Assembly (NCBI GenBank): GCA_044229975.1
Contig: JBGARZ010000003.1
Span: forward strand, 192,001 to 256,000
Reading direction: 5' to 3'
Length of the DNA stretch: 64,000 nt
DNA from: Polyangiales bacterium
GTDB taxonomy: Bacteria > Myxococcota_A > Polyangia > Polyangiales > Ga0077539
Part shown: in pieces, positions 21,414-30,895 of the stretch
Numbering within the stretch: the stretch's first letter is position 1
Layout of the letters: each line of letters opens with the position of its first letter
The notes under the pieces: generated by a model
Databases searched by the model: none
Told to the model about the DNA's origin: nothing
Seen by the model: only the letters and a program-made list of their open reading frames with translations
Program-made: the position numbers and the translations under genes

Positions 21414-23309
21414 TCAGCCCTGCCCCCGGCGCTGCTTCACCAGGTCGCGCTGCATGTTCAGCTTCTCGTTCAGCTTCTGTTCTTCGCTCTTCGGGTCGCC
21501 GCGCATGCCGTCGCGCGCGCTCTGCTGCTTCAACGACTTCGCAGCATCGAGGATGCGCACGCGACGCAGCGTGCCGACCGCGTCACGCAGCGAGGCCGTG
21601 CACCTCTCCTTCAGGGTCCCGTCGTCGTCCGCGTTGGGAATCAACCGCTGGCCCAGCCACTCGCGCACCCGGTCGTTGGGGGCCAACTCCAGCAGCGTGG
21701 TCGCGACGAGGCGCTGGTCGGCCAGCCACTGCGCGATCGCCGCGCGCACGAAAGGCGAAAGCCCCTCGTCGATCAGCGCGCCAAACTCCTCGGCCTCGGG
21801 CGTGGCCAGCAGCTCCGAACACAGCAGCACCGACTCGATGCCGCTCGCGGTCGCTACGCGGATGATCTTGGGCAGGTCTTCGTTGATCTCGTCGGGCGAC
21901 GTGAGCCCCGCGCGCTGACGCACCTCCGCCGCGGGAAACGGCGAGGACTTCGCCGCCTTGGCCGCCTGCGCCTGGTGCTCGCGGATGGCCCGCACGATGA
22001 GGGGCTCGTCGAGGTAGAGCGCCTTCGCCGCGAGCCGCACATAGACGTCGCGCTCGATGCTGTCCCGCACCTCGGCGATCACCGGAGCCAGGGCCCTCGC
22101 CGCTGCCACCCGCTCGGGCGTGTTGTCGCCGGAGCGCACCGCGGCGTCCTTGATGAGCCACTCGACGATGCTCGGCGCGTTCTTGAGCACGTCCGCCATG
22201 CCGGTTGCTCCGTAGCGCTCGTCCTGGCTGCGGAGGTAACCGTCGGGGTCCATCTTCTCCGGGAGCACGCCGACCCGCGCCACGAGCCCGACCTTCGCAC
22301 ACGACCCGTGCGCGGCCCGCGCGGCCTTGAGCCCCGCCTCATCGCCGTCGAACACGATGACCACGCTCTCGGCGAAGCGCCGCAGCAGCTTGGCCTGCGC
22401 GTCGGTGAAGCTCGTACCGAGCGGCGCGACGGTCTCGGTGAACCCGTGCTGGTGCATCTGCACCACGTCGAAGTTTCCCTCGACCAGGATCGCCTGCTCC
22501 TTCTGTCGCATCGGCGTGCGCGCGTTGCCGAGCCCGTAGAGCAGCTCGGACTTCTTGTAGATGGGCGTCTCGGGGCTGTTGATGTACTTGCCCGCGTCTT
22601 CGGGCACGAGCCCCTCGGGCATGTCTTCGGTGACCGCGACGACGCGCCCCGAGAAGGCCACCACCCGGTTGGCGCGGTCGACCACCGGGAACATCAGCCG
22701 ATGCCTGAAGCGGTCGTACCAGCCGCCGTTGCGCCCGGGCATGAGCAGCCCCGCGAGCTCGGCGTCGGCGGGCGAGACCTTCTGCGACTTCAGGTGCTCG
22801 GCGAGCCCATCCCAACGGGCCGGCGCGTACCCCAGGCGAAACTTCGCCACGAGCTCGTCGCTGATGCCGCGCTCCGACAACGCGTCGCGCGCCAACTCGC
22901 TGTACGGCGCGTCGAGCAGGCAGCGCTCGAAGTAGGCAGTGGCGGCTTCGCAGGCGTGGGCGAGGCGCTCTCCGAGGTCGCGCTGACGACGGTCTTCGGC
23001 GATGCGCTCGGGGTCGCGCGTCTCGGGCAGCTCGACGCCCGCCTTCTCCGCGAGCGCCCGCAGCGCCTCGACGAAGTTGACCCCCTCGATCTGCTCGTAG
23101 AACCGGAGCGCGTCGCCAGAGGCCTTGCAGCCGAAGCAGAAGTAGAAGCCGCGCTCGGGGCTGACGTTGAAGCTCGGCGTGCGCTCCTCGTGGAAGGGGC
23201 AGCGCGCGATCCAGTTGAGCCCGGCCCGGCGAAGAGGAACGTACTGTCCGACCAGGTCCACCAGGTCGACCCGGTTTCGTACCTGCTCGACGACGCTGCG
23301 ATCGATCAC
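21414..23309 (-). CDS. dnaG: DNA primase
   Basis: CHC2 zinc finger (CPFH...CFGC), RFRHRLMFP, KYINSPET, Toprim VEGNFDV and FDGDEAG. Confidence 0.97.
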   Translation of the reverse strand: MIDRSVVEQVRNRVDLVDLVGQYVPLRRAGLNWIARCPFHEERTPSFNVSPERGFYFCFGCKASGDALRFYEQIEGVNFVEALRALAEKAGVELPETRDPERIAEDRRQRDLGERLAHACEAATAYFERCLLDAPYSELARDALSERGISDELVAKFRLGYAPARWDGLAEHLKSQKVSPADAELAGLLMPGRNGGWYDRFRHRLMFPVVDRANRVVAFSGRVVAVTEDMPEGLVPEDAGKYINSPETPIYKKSELLYGLGNARTPMRQKEQAILVEGNFDVVQMHQHGFTETVAPLGTSFTDAQAKLLRRFAESVVIVFDGDEAGLKAARAAHGSCAKVGLVARVGVLPEKMDPDGYLRSQDERYGATGMADVLKNAPSIVEWLIKDAAVRSGDNTPERVAAARALAPVIAEVRDSIERDVYVRLAAKALYLDEPLIVRAIREHQAQAAKAAKSSPFPAAEVRQRAGLTSPDEINEDLPKIIRVATASGIESVLLCSELLATPEAEEFGALIDEGLSPFVRAAIAQWLADQRLVATTLLELAPNDRVREWLGQRLIPNADDDGTLKERCTASLRDAVGTLRRVRILDAAKSLKQQSARDGMRGDPKSEEQKLNEKLNMQRDLVKQRRGQG

Positions 23310-23358
23310 TCCGCTGCCGCCTCGCGCTGAAAGGAAATCGCTCGATGTCAGGAATACC

Positions 23359-23422
23359 CTGTCCGGTGAGCGGACCGTTGCGTAGCCCGACCCCCCAATA
23401 GGGTCAAGAAGCTCACCGGCAG
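23359..23422 (-). promoter_or_regulatory. Structured three-way-junction element in the putative dnaG 5' leader
   Basis: ccggtgagc (23363-71) is complementary to gctcaccgg (23411-19) and encloses two smaller hairpins. Confidence 0.35.
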
Positions 23423-23527
23423 AAACTTCACGCGAATTTCCCCGGCAGATCCGCGCACCTGCGACCCGTTGGATTCTGCAAGACGAAGGCCACCGGGCTT
23501 CGTGATACCCATGACGGTTCTGCCCCG

Positions 23528-24103
23528 ATGAAGCCCTCCCCTCGCGCCCTCGTGACTCCCGCGCTCGTCACGGCCGCCCTCGCGGTGCCCCTCGTGGTCG
23601 CCGCGGACCCGTGGCCGTCCATCGCCATCCCCCCGGAAAACGCCCGCACCCTGCGAGTGCCTCCGCGTCGGCCGCCTCAGGGCGACGTCGACGCGAGGGC
23701 GCGTCTGCTCGTCGAAGCGCTGCGGACGGGAGCACCCGCGGACGTGCAGCGAGCCGAGGGGTTCTTCCTGCCGCGCGAGCCCTTCCTCGCCATCAAGGAC
23801 ATGTCGGGCGCAGCCGGGTACTTCGCCACGCTGCTGCGCTGGTACCGACGCGACATCGAGGCCGAGCGCGCGCAGCGCCGCGACTGGACCGGCGCCCGCT
23901 TCGAGGGCTTCGAGCTCTCGCGGGCGTGCACCTGGATGACCATCGGGCGCGAAGCCAACCGGCTGCCGTACTGGAGCTGCTACCGGTCCTCGCTGCGGGT
24001 CGCGGTCGGCCGACAGACCCGGCGCGTCGAGGTGCGGGTGATGATCCACTGGGGCGACCGCTGGTATGCGACGCACCTGGGGGCGATCCCGGCCCGGCAC
24101 TGA
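23528..24103 (+). CDS. Secreted hypothetical protein
   Basis: Signal-peptide-like N-terminus; GC3-biased ORF; Trp/Cys-containing C-terminus. Confidence 0.7.
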   Translation: MKPSPRALVTPALVTAALAVPLVVAADPWPSIAIPPENARTLRVPPRRPPQGDVDARARLLVEALRTGAPADVQRAEGFFLPREPFLAIKDMSGAAGYFATLLRWYRRDIEAERAQRRDWTGARFEGFELSRACTWMTIGREANRLPYWSCYRSSLRVAVGRQTRRVEVRVMIHWGDRWYATHLGAIPARH

Positions 24104-24151
24104 CGCGGAGGGACTCGACAGGGTCGCCTGCGAGGCGCTACGACCAACGCC

Positions 24152-24538
24152 ATGAGCACTCCAGACATCAAGTCGTACGCGGATTTCTGGCCGTACTACG
24201 TGCGCGCCCACCGCAAGCCGCAGACGCGCATCGTGCACGCCGTCGGCACCAGCATCGGCACCACCGTCGCCATCACGGGCCTGCTCACGGGCAAGAAGGG
24301 GATGATCCCGCTCGGCCTCGCGATCGGCTACGGCTTCGCCTGGTACTCGCACTTCTTCATCGAGGGAAACAAGCCGGCCACCTTCGGGCACCCGTTCTAC
24401 TCGTTCGCGAGCGACTGGGTGATGTTGTCCAAGATGCTCCGCGGCACCATGGACGCCGAGGTCGAGCGCGTCACCGCGCAGGCCGCCGAGGTCACCCCCG
24501 CGGCGGACGTCGTCGCCGCCGACGGCCTCCAGAACTAA
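24152..24538 (+). CDS. DUF962 / Mpo1-like membrane protein
   Basis: FWPYYVRAH...R..H..G and GYGFAWYSHFFIEGNKPATF motifs. Confidence 0.88.
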   Translation: MSTPDIKSYADFWPYYVRAHRKPQTRIVHAVGTSIGTTVAITGLLTGKKGMIPLGLAIGYGFAWYSHFFIEGNKPATFGHPFYSFASDWVMLSKMLRGTMDAEVERVTAQAAEVTPAADVVAADGLQN

Positions 24539-24556
24539 GCCCTCTCCACCGACCTC

Positions 24557-25297
24557 GTGTCGACCGCCGACCTCTCTCCGCCGCAGCGCGCCCGACGTCA
24601 CCTCGCGGTCGCCCTCGTCGCCGTCAACGCCCTCGTCTTCGTGCTCTCCCGCCCCGCCGCCGTGCACCGCGAGCTGCACGGGCTCATCGGCGTGGTCTTC
24701 CTCGTCGCGACGCTGCGGGGCGTGTCGCGCGACGACGACGACACCGAGCGCTACGGCATCCGCCTCGAAGGGCTCATCCCCGGCGGCAATGGTGACGCTC
24801 GCTCGCTCCCGCGCGCCGTCGTCGAGGCCATCCCGTCGGCCCTGCGTGAGCTCGGCGTCGCGGCCCTCGTCGCGGCGGTGGTGCTGCCCGTCTACTCGCT
24901 CGCGTGGCCGCTCTTCAACCACCCGATCGGCCCGCGGCACCTCCCCTTCGCCCACGACCCCATCGCCACCCTCCTCGGCGAGGTCGTCGCCGTCGCCCTC
25001 ACCGAAGAACTCTTCTTCCGCGGCTACCTCCAGACCCGCATCGCGGACGCGCTCGGCCTGCCCGACTTTACCCGCACCCGTAAGCCGCCCCTCGCCGACG
25101 CCGCCCGCGTGGTGGCGATCACCTCGCTCCTCTTCGCCCTCACCCACGTGCTCGCCGAGCCCGGCATCGGGCGCGCGGCGGTCTTCTTCCCGAGCCTGCT
25201 CTTCGGAGCCGTTCGCATCGCCCGCGGAGGCGTCGGCGCGGCCGTCGCGCTGCACGCGATCTGCAACGTCTTCGAGCGATACCTGGAGGGTCGCTAG
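24557..25297 (+). CDS. CPBP (Abi/Rce1) glutamic intramembrane protease, MrtC/myxosortase-like
   Basis: EELFFRGYLQ, LFALTH, FFPSLLFG and HAICN motifs; N-terminal RYGIRLEGL segment. Confidence 0.8.
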   Translation: MSTADLSPPQRARRHLAVALVAVNALVFVLSRPAAVHRELHGLIGVVFLVATLRGVSRDDDDTERYGIRLEGLIPGGNGDARSLPRAVVEAIPSALRELGVAALVAAVVLPVYSLAWPLFNHPIGPRHLPFAHDPIATLLGEVVAVALTEELFFRGYLQTRIADALGLPDFTRTRKPPLADAARVVAITSLLFALTHVLAEPGIGRAAVFFPSLLFGAVRIARGGVGAAVALHAICNVFERYLEGR

Positions 25298-25374
25298 CCG
25301 ACCCGACCTGGGTTCATCCCAGGGCTGCGCGGAGCCGAGTCAACTCCGTTTGATTCCGGAAGAATCTCCCGGAG

Positions 25375-25701
25375 TCAGAGCCGACCGGTGCCGCCGCCCG
25401 AACGCACCACGCCGGGACCACTCGCAGCCTTCGCTCGACGGTCGGCGACGGAGCGGTCGAGCACCGCGCGCACGGCCGGGTCGAGCGTGTCGAGCTCCCA
25501 GGTCATGCGCCGCAACACCCCAGCGAGCACCTCGATCTGCGCGTCGGCCGAGCCGCGCTCGTCCACCAGGATGGTCGCCACGCCCTTCACCACGCAGTAC
25601 CCGCCGGCGGAGGTTCCGCGGCTCATGGGCTCCTTGCGCACCGTCAGCCCGCGCGACTGCGCCAGGGACACCAACGCCTCGACCAGGACCTTGCCTCGCA
25701 T
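25375..25701 (-). CDS. Small hypothetical protein (ImmA/IrrE N-terminal-like, no HExxH)
   Basis: LA...GLTVR.E....GGYCVVKG..TILVD pattern; ATG at 25701. Confidence 0.6.
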   Translation of the reverse strand: MRGKVLVEALVSLAQSRGLTVRKEPMSRGTSAGGYCVVKGVATILVDERGSADAQIEVLAGVLRRMTWELDTLDPAVRAVLDRSVADRRAKAASGPGVVRSGGGTGRL

Positions 25702-25769
25702 CGCACGCGAGCATCGCACGCCCGTCGAGCGAGACTCCACCGCGACCGCTCTGGTACTCAATCGGGGTC

Positions 25770-26063
25770 ATGGGACGAAAGGTGCTCGACCCGAAGGAAG
25801 TCCGCGACCTGCTGGAAGACACGACCTGGAGGCAGGAGGGCGACGCGATCACCGCGAGCTTCCCCTTTGGCGACTATGAGCAGGCATTCGCGTTCGCGAC
25901 GCGCATCGCGCTCTACGCGCAGCGCGCCGACCACCACCCCGACCTCCTCATCAAGTGGGGCGAGGTCACGGTGACATGGTCGACCCACGACGCGGGCGGC
26001 GTCACGCGCCGCGACGTCGACGCGGCCCTCCACGTGTCGAGCTTCGCGCCCCGACAGCCGTAG
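25770..26063 (+). CDS. phhB: Pterin-4-alpha-carbinolamine dehydratase
   Basis: ADHHPDL..KWGEV.V.WSTHDAGGVT.RD motif. Confidence 0.9.
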   Translation: MGRKVLDPKEVRDLLEDTTWRQEGDAITASFPFGDYEQAFAFATRIALYAQRADHHPDLLIKWGEVTVTWSTHDAGGVTRRDVDAALHVSSFAPRQP

Positions 26064-26074
26064 ACCGCGCCGTC

Positions 26075-27685
26075 ATGTCCCTGCGCTCACCGCTCGCGAT
26101 GTGCCTCGTGGTGGCGGTGCTCGCGTTGTTTCCGTATCTCAACGCGCTCCCCAACGGCTTCGCCCACGACGACGACGCGGCCATCCGCGAGCACCCCGCC
26201 GTCACCGGCTCCGCGCCCCTCGGGCGGGTCTTCGCGCTGGACTTCTGGGGTCACGACGCGCGGCGCGGCCCCTCCATCGGAACCTGGCGCCCCCTGACCT
26301 CCCTCTCCTTCGCCCTCGACTGGCGCGTCGGTGCGGGCTCACCGGCGAGCTTCCATCGCACCAACGTCGTTCTCCACGTCCTCGCGAGCGTCGGCCTCCT
26401 GCTGCTTCTGCGGCGGGCTCCCTTCTCACCGCCCGTGGCTCTCGTCGCTGCAGCGCTCTTCGCCACGCACCCGGTACACACCGAGGCCGTCACCTCGATC
26501 GTCGGCCGTGCCGAGCTCCTTGGGTTCTGCCTCGCGCTCGTGGTCGTCGCGCTGCATCCGCGAGATGGCCCCGCCGCGCGAGCCGCACAAGCGATGGCCT
26601 TCGTCGCAGCATGCCTCGCCAAGGAGTCGTCCGCGCTTCTCGCGCCGCTGCTGCTCGCGAGCGATGTGCTGGCTGGTCAGGCGCGTCCGCGATGGTCGCG
26701 GTACGCGCTGCTCGCCGCCTCGCTCGCCCTGGTGCTCGCGCTGCGATGGCGCGCGCTCGGGCGCCTCGTGGGCTTCGATCCCGACCACCTCGGCAACCCC
26801 CTCGCCCACGCCCCTTGGCTGCCGCGCGAGGTCTCCGCGCTCGGTCTCTTCGGACACGCCGTCTCGCTCGTCGTCGCGCCGCACACCCTGCGCGCGGACT
26901 ACGGCGCCTCGGTGGTCACGGCCTCCACGGCGCTGACGATCACCCACGCCGTCGCGCTCGTCGCCCTCGTCGCGCTCGGTGTCGTCGTCTGGCGATCGCG
27001 ACGGGTGCATCCCCAGGTGGCCGCGGCGGCGCTGTGGTTCGCGGTGCCCACGGCGCTCGGGTGCAACGTGCTCCTCGCGCTCCCGGTGAGCTTCGCCGAG
27101 CGCTTCCTCTACCTGCCGTCGGCCGCGGGTCTCCTGCTGCTCGCGCTCGCGCTCGAACGCGCCCTGCGCGCGAGACCTGCGTGGGCGATGGGCGTTGTGG
27201 CGCTGCCCGTCGTGCTGGTCTTTGGCGCGCTCACGATGCGGCGCAACCCCGAGTGGGCCAGCACCCAGCGCCTCACCCTCGCGACGGTGCGCGACGAGCC
27301 GCGCAGCGCGCTCTTCCAGTTCAATCGCGCGGTGATGTTCATCGGCGAGCGGCGCTTCGACGAGGCGCTCGCGCGCTGCAACACCGTGAGCGCCCTCGCC
27401 CCGCGCTGGTCGACGGCTTGGGGCTGCCGCGCGGTGCTCCTCGAACGCGCCGGTCGGGTCGCCGAAGCCGAGGCGTCGTTTCGCACCATGCGCGCGCAGC
27501 CCGACGTGCGGAGCTGCCAGTACTGGGTCGGCTACGCCCGCTTCCTCGCGCGCACCGGCAGGCCCTCCGAGGCCCTCGTCGAGCTCGACGCCATGCGCGG
27601 CTCGGCCGCCTACGACCAGCGTGCGCGCCACCTCCACCAACAACTCCGCCGCGCTCTCACACCTCAGAGCTCCCATCCTTTCTGA
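26075..27685 (+). CDS. TMTC-like (DUF1736) GT-C membrane protein with C-terminal TPRs, putative protein O-mannosyltransferase
   Basis: F.HDD after TM1; WRPLTSLSF, FHRTNVVLH, HPVHTEAV..IVGRAE, AKES, AERFLYLPS and RNPEW motifs; TPR tail. Confidence 0.82.
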   Translation: MSLRSPLAMCLVVAVLALFPYLNALPNGFAHDDDAAIREHPAVTGSAPLGRVFALDFWGHDARRGPSIGTWRPLTSLSFALDWRVGAGSPASFHRTNVVLHVLASVGLLLLLRRAPFSPPVALVAAALFATHPVHTEAVTSIVGRAELLGFCLALVVVALHPRDGPAARAAQAMAFVAACLAKESSALLAPLLLASDVLAGQARPRWSRYALLAASLALVLALRWRALGRLVGFDPDHLGNPLAHAPWLPREVSALGLFGHAVSLVVAPHTLRADYGASVVTASTALTITHAVALVALVALGVVVWRSRRVHPQVAAAALWFAVPTALGCNVLLALPVSFAERFLYLPSAAGLLLLALALERALRARPAWAMGVVALPVVLVFGALTMRRNPEWASTQRLTLATVRDEPRSALFQFNRAVMFIGERRFDEALARCNTVSALAPRWSTAWGCRAVLLERAGRVAEAEASFRTMRAQPDVRSCQYWVGYARFLARTGRPSEALVELDAMRGSAAYDQRARHLHQQLRRALTPQSSHPF

Positions 27686-27814
27686 CCTCTGACGACACCA
27701 CCCGCTTGCGCGGAACTCCCCTTCGTCTTCGCGGCCGCACTACGGTTCGAGACACCAACGGCGCGTCTCCCCTCAAGCCGCGACCGATGTCGACCGATTG
27801 GAGGAGAGGCGCAC

Positions 27815-28126
27815 ATGTCGAACCGCCACCGGGACGTTCTCCGTCCCCCCATCGCCCCACGCCTCGACCGCATCGACCCTCGCGTCGAGCCCGACCTCGA
27901 TGCGAGCCGCGACTTCCAGATGTCAGCCCTCGCCCGCATCGCCCTCGTGCAGCGGCGCGTCGTCGTCGAGCCCGAAGAGCGCCCCGCCATCGCCGCGCCG
28001 AAGCCCCGCGCCGACTTCGCTCGCCCCCCGCGTCGACCTCCCGCGCCGACAGACGAGCGCGGCGTGTGGTGCTTCCGTCCCGGCGACGAGCGCGTCGAGG
28101 TGGTCGACCTCCCCGACGACGACTGA
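27815..28126 (+). CDS. Small hypothetical protein (Pro/Arg-rich, acidic end)
   Basis: Strong SD GGAGGAGAGG before ATG; GC3-rich codons. Confidence 0.55.
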   Translation: MSNRHRDVLRPPIAPRLDRIDPRVEPDLDASRDFQMSALARIALVQRRVVVEPEERPAIAAPKPRADFARPPRRPPAPTDERGVWCFRPGDERVEVVDLPDDD

Positions 28127-28177
28127 CGCGCGCGGCGCTTGACAGGCGCGCTTCGTCCGCGCTGTCTTGGCGACGAA

Positions 28178-28960
28178 ATGCGCCTCTTCGATCGGTTTCC
28201 CGCGCGCTACCTCGTCCCCAACGCGGTCACCTGCGTCGGCCTCGTCGTGGGCCTCGCCTCCATCCGCACCTCCCTCACCGCCACCTCCCTCGTCGAGCTC
28301 TCGTCCGCCGCGTGGTTCATCCTCTACGCGGTGCTGCTCGACAAGGTCGACGGGGCCGTCGCGCGCAAGCTCAACGCCAGCAGTGAGTTCGGCGTTCAGC
28401 TCGACTCCTTCTCCGACTTCGTCACCTTCGGACTCAGCCCCGCCGCGCTCATCACCCAGGCCGTCGCGCTCGGTGTTCCCGACCCGTGGGCCCACGGCAC
28501 CGCCCACGCCGCCCTCCTCGGCGTCGGCGCCCTCTATGCCGTTGCCGCCGCGGTGCGGCTCGCGAAGTTCAACGTCACCACGGCCAGCGTCGGCAGCCGC
28601 TTCTTCCTCGGGCTTCCGTCGACCAGCAGCGGCGGCATCCTCGCGTCGGCCTTCCTCGCCCACCGGTCCAACGAGCTCTCGACGTCGTCCATCGCGGGCT
28701 TCGTCGCGTTCATGGGCGTCAACGCGCTGCTCATGGTCTGCAACCTCCCGCAGCCCAAGCTCCACATCTCGTCGCAGCCGGCGGTGAAGGCGTTCCAGAT
28801 CGCGGTGGTGCTCAGCGTCTACGTGCTCATCCCGCTGCACCTCGCGCCCACCTACCTCATCGCCGTGTCGTCGCTCTACACCGTCATCGGCTTCATCTAC
28901 GGTGTCATCGTCACGGGCGGCCAACGCCCCGGCGAGGTCGAGTCCGAGCCCACGAAGTAG
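28178..28960 (+). CDS. pssA: CDP-alcohol phosphatidyltransferase (phosphatidylserine synthase-like)
   Basis: PNAVT; DKVDGAVARKLNASSEFGVQLDSFSDFVTFG; RLAKFN; FLGLPS. Confidence 0.85.
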   Translation: MRLFDRFPARYLVPNAVTCVGLVVGLASIRTSLTATSLVELSSAAWFILYAVLLDKVDGAVARKLNASSEFGVQLDSFSDFVTFGLSPAALITQAVALGVPDPWAHGTAHAALLGVGALYAVAAAVRLAKFNVTTASVGSRFFLGLPSTSSGGILASAFLAHRSNELSTSSIAGFVAFMGVNALLMVCNLPQPKLHISSQPAVKAFQIAVVLSVYVLIPLHLAPTYLIAVSSLYTVIGFIYGVIVTGGQRPGEVESEPTK

Positions 28961-30895
28961 CTACCGCGCGCCGTCCACCCGGTAGAGGCCGACCCGCACC
29001 GAGGCGCCGTCGTAGCGCGCGTTGCGAACGCTCGGAATCGCAGGGAGAGACGACACATCGACCGCGCGGAGGACGTGCGCCCCTTCGAGCGCGTCGCACC
29101 AGCGCCGACCCCCGGCCGTGCTGCACACCGACGAGCGGTAGTAGTAGTCGCCCGCTCGCAGCGTCGGCGCCGAGGTGGCCTCCTCCGACGGGACCCACGC
29201 CCGCACCCGCGCCCCCGTCCGACGCGCGTAGAGAGGCAGGATGAAGACCTCGTGCCCGGCGCGCTCCAGGTAGGTGATGGCCGCGCGGTCGGGGAGCGTC
29301 GTGCGCCAGCGAACGACCCGAGCGGCCTCCAGCGCGTCGGTCGGCACCACCGTCCACGCGTGACGATGGGTGGTCCACACGCCGAGGACGACCATCGCGA
29401 GGAGCGCGGTGCAGAGCGCCTCGACGCGGCGAACGCGCATCAACGGACGGAGGGAGGACAGCGCTGCGACGACGAGCGCAGGCGCGAAGAGGAGCCCGAC
29501 CGAGTGATAGACCCACACAGGCGCGGGGCCCTCGACGGTGGTGGAGACGCCGAGGGCCACGATGACGAGGGCGCATCCCACGCGACCGACGAGAGGCCAG
29601 CGCCACCCGGCGACGACGGCGAGGAGGCCCGCCGCGGCCAGCGCGACGACCAGCTTCGATCGGGCGGTCTGCAATGCGAACAGCGCCGGAAGCCACTGCT
29701 GGCCGAGAGACCCGGTGAGCACGTCGAGCATCGCGTGGCCGGTCGTGACCACGACCACGAGGCCGATGAGCGCGGCCGACGCGACGCCCAGGCGCAGCCG
29801 ACGACCGCGACCACCGACGCCAACGAACACCGCCACCGGGATCAACGCCGCGGGCACCCAGCACACCGGGTGGATGCGCGCGGCCTGTGCCACCAGCAGC
29901 CCGGCTGCCACCATCGAGGCAGCGAAGGGCCACGAGCGCACCCGCCCCGCGCGCGCTCCACACACGGCCATCGCGAGCGCTGCCGTGACGAGCGCGAAGC
30001 AGGTCCCGGCGTAGGACTCGCTGCGGGCCATGCGCGCGAGGGCGGGTTCGGCACCCACGATGGCGGCGCCGACCACCGCGAGCAGAGGACGCACACCCGA
30101 CGCGCGCAGGGTGAGCCAGAGGCACGCGACGGCGACGGCGACGGCGACGGACTGCGCGGCGAAGAGGGCGGCCTCGGGGTTCGTGGCCGATGACGCGACC
30201 CGTGAGAACACCTCGAAGTACCCGTTGCCGTACGGCGACGGCTCGCCCAACGCGTAGCGCACCCAGAGGGCGCCCTGGCCGTTCTGATGGAAGAGCGCGG
30301 CGGGTGTGAGCGCCCGATGGACGACTCCAGTGACCAGCGCCACGAGCACCGCCGCGAGCGCCGGACGGAGCGCGCGACGGGGTGACCTGCGCGCGGACGA
30401 GAGCGAGAGTGCGAGTGCGATCGCGAGGCCGACGAGGAGCCGCCACGGCCACACGGGGCGGGAGGGTGACCAGGCGCGATCGCGGAGCGCGGCCAGGCCT
30501 TCGCGGGCGCGACCATCGAGCGCGGCGTTGGAGCGAACGCAGACGCGCAGGCCGTCGAGGGCGCGGCGATGGGTCGGCGGTGTGAGGCTCCAGTCGGGGA
30601 AGTCTCCAATGGGCGAGAGTGCGAGTGCCCCCTCGCGCACGAAGGCGTTGCCTTCGGCGGGACCGATCTCCACGCGAATCGCCTCGGCGCCGTCGACCGA
30701 AGCACGAACGATCACCCGCCCCTGCACGCAGACTTCGGGCGTGACCTCGACCGCCGCGATGGATCGGCACATCGCGGCCCAGCGCCCGATGGGCGCGCCG
30801 CATCCGACGCCCGTCTGTGCGTCGACCTCGGGGGCGGCGAAGAGCAGGGCCAGGCCGAGCAGGACAGCGAGCGCTCGTCGAAGGGGAGTGTTCAA
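28961..30895 (-). CDS. Polytopic membrane hypothetical protein, possibly a GT-C-type glycosyltransferase
   Basis: TTG start overlaps the upstream stop; signal peptide, a soluble domain, about 10 TM segments and a C-terminal soluble domain. Confidence 0.55.
   Translation of the reverse strand: MNTPLRRALAVLLGLALLFAAPEVDAQTGVGCGAPIGRWAAMCRSIAAVEVTPEVCVQGRVIVRASVDGAEAIRVEIGPAEGNAFVREGALALSPIGDFPDWSLTPPTHRRALDGLRVCVRSNAALDGRAREGLAALRDRAWSPSRPVWPWRLLVGLAIALALSLSSARRSPRRALRPALAAVLVALVTGVVHRALTPAALFHQNGQGALWVRYALGEPSPYGNGYFEVFSRVASSATNPEAALFAAQSVAVAVAVACLWLTLRASGVRPLLAVVGAAIVGAEPALARMARSESYAGTCFALVTAALAMAVCGARAGRVRSWPFAASMVAAGLLVAQAARIHPVCWVPAALIPVAVFVGVGGRGRRLRLGVASAALIGLVVVVTTGHAMLDVLTGSLGQQWLPALFALQTARSKLVVALAAAGLLAVVAGWRWPLVGRVGCALVIVALGVSTTVEGPAPVWVYHSVGLLFAPALVVAALSSLRPLMRVRRVEALCTALLAMVVLGVWTTHRHAWTVVPTDALEAARVVRWRTTLPDRAAITYLERAGHEVFILPLYARRTGARVRAWVPSEEATSAPTLRAGDYYYRSSVCSTAGGRRWCDALEGAHVLRAVDVSSLPAIPSVRNARYDGASVRVGLYRVDGAR

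Noticed and set aside
27686..27814. GGTTCGAG T-loop-like motif suggesting a tRNA
   Set aside because: No cloverleaf, acceptor stem or D-arm can be built
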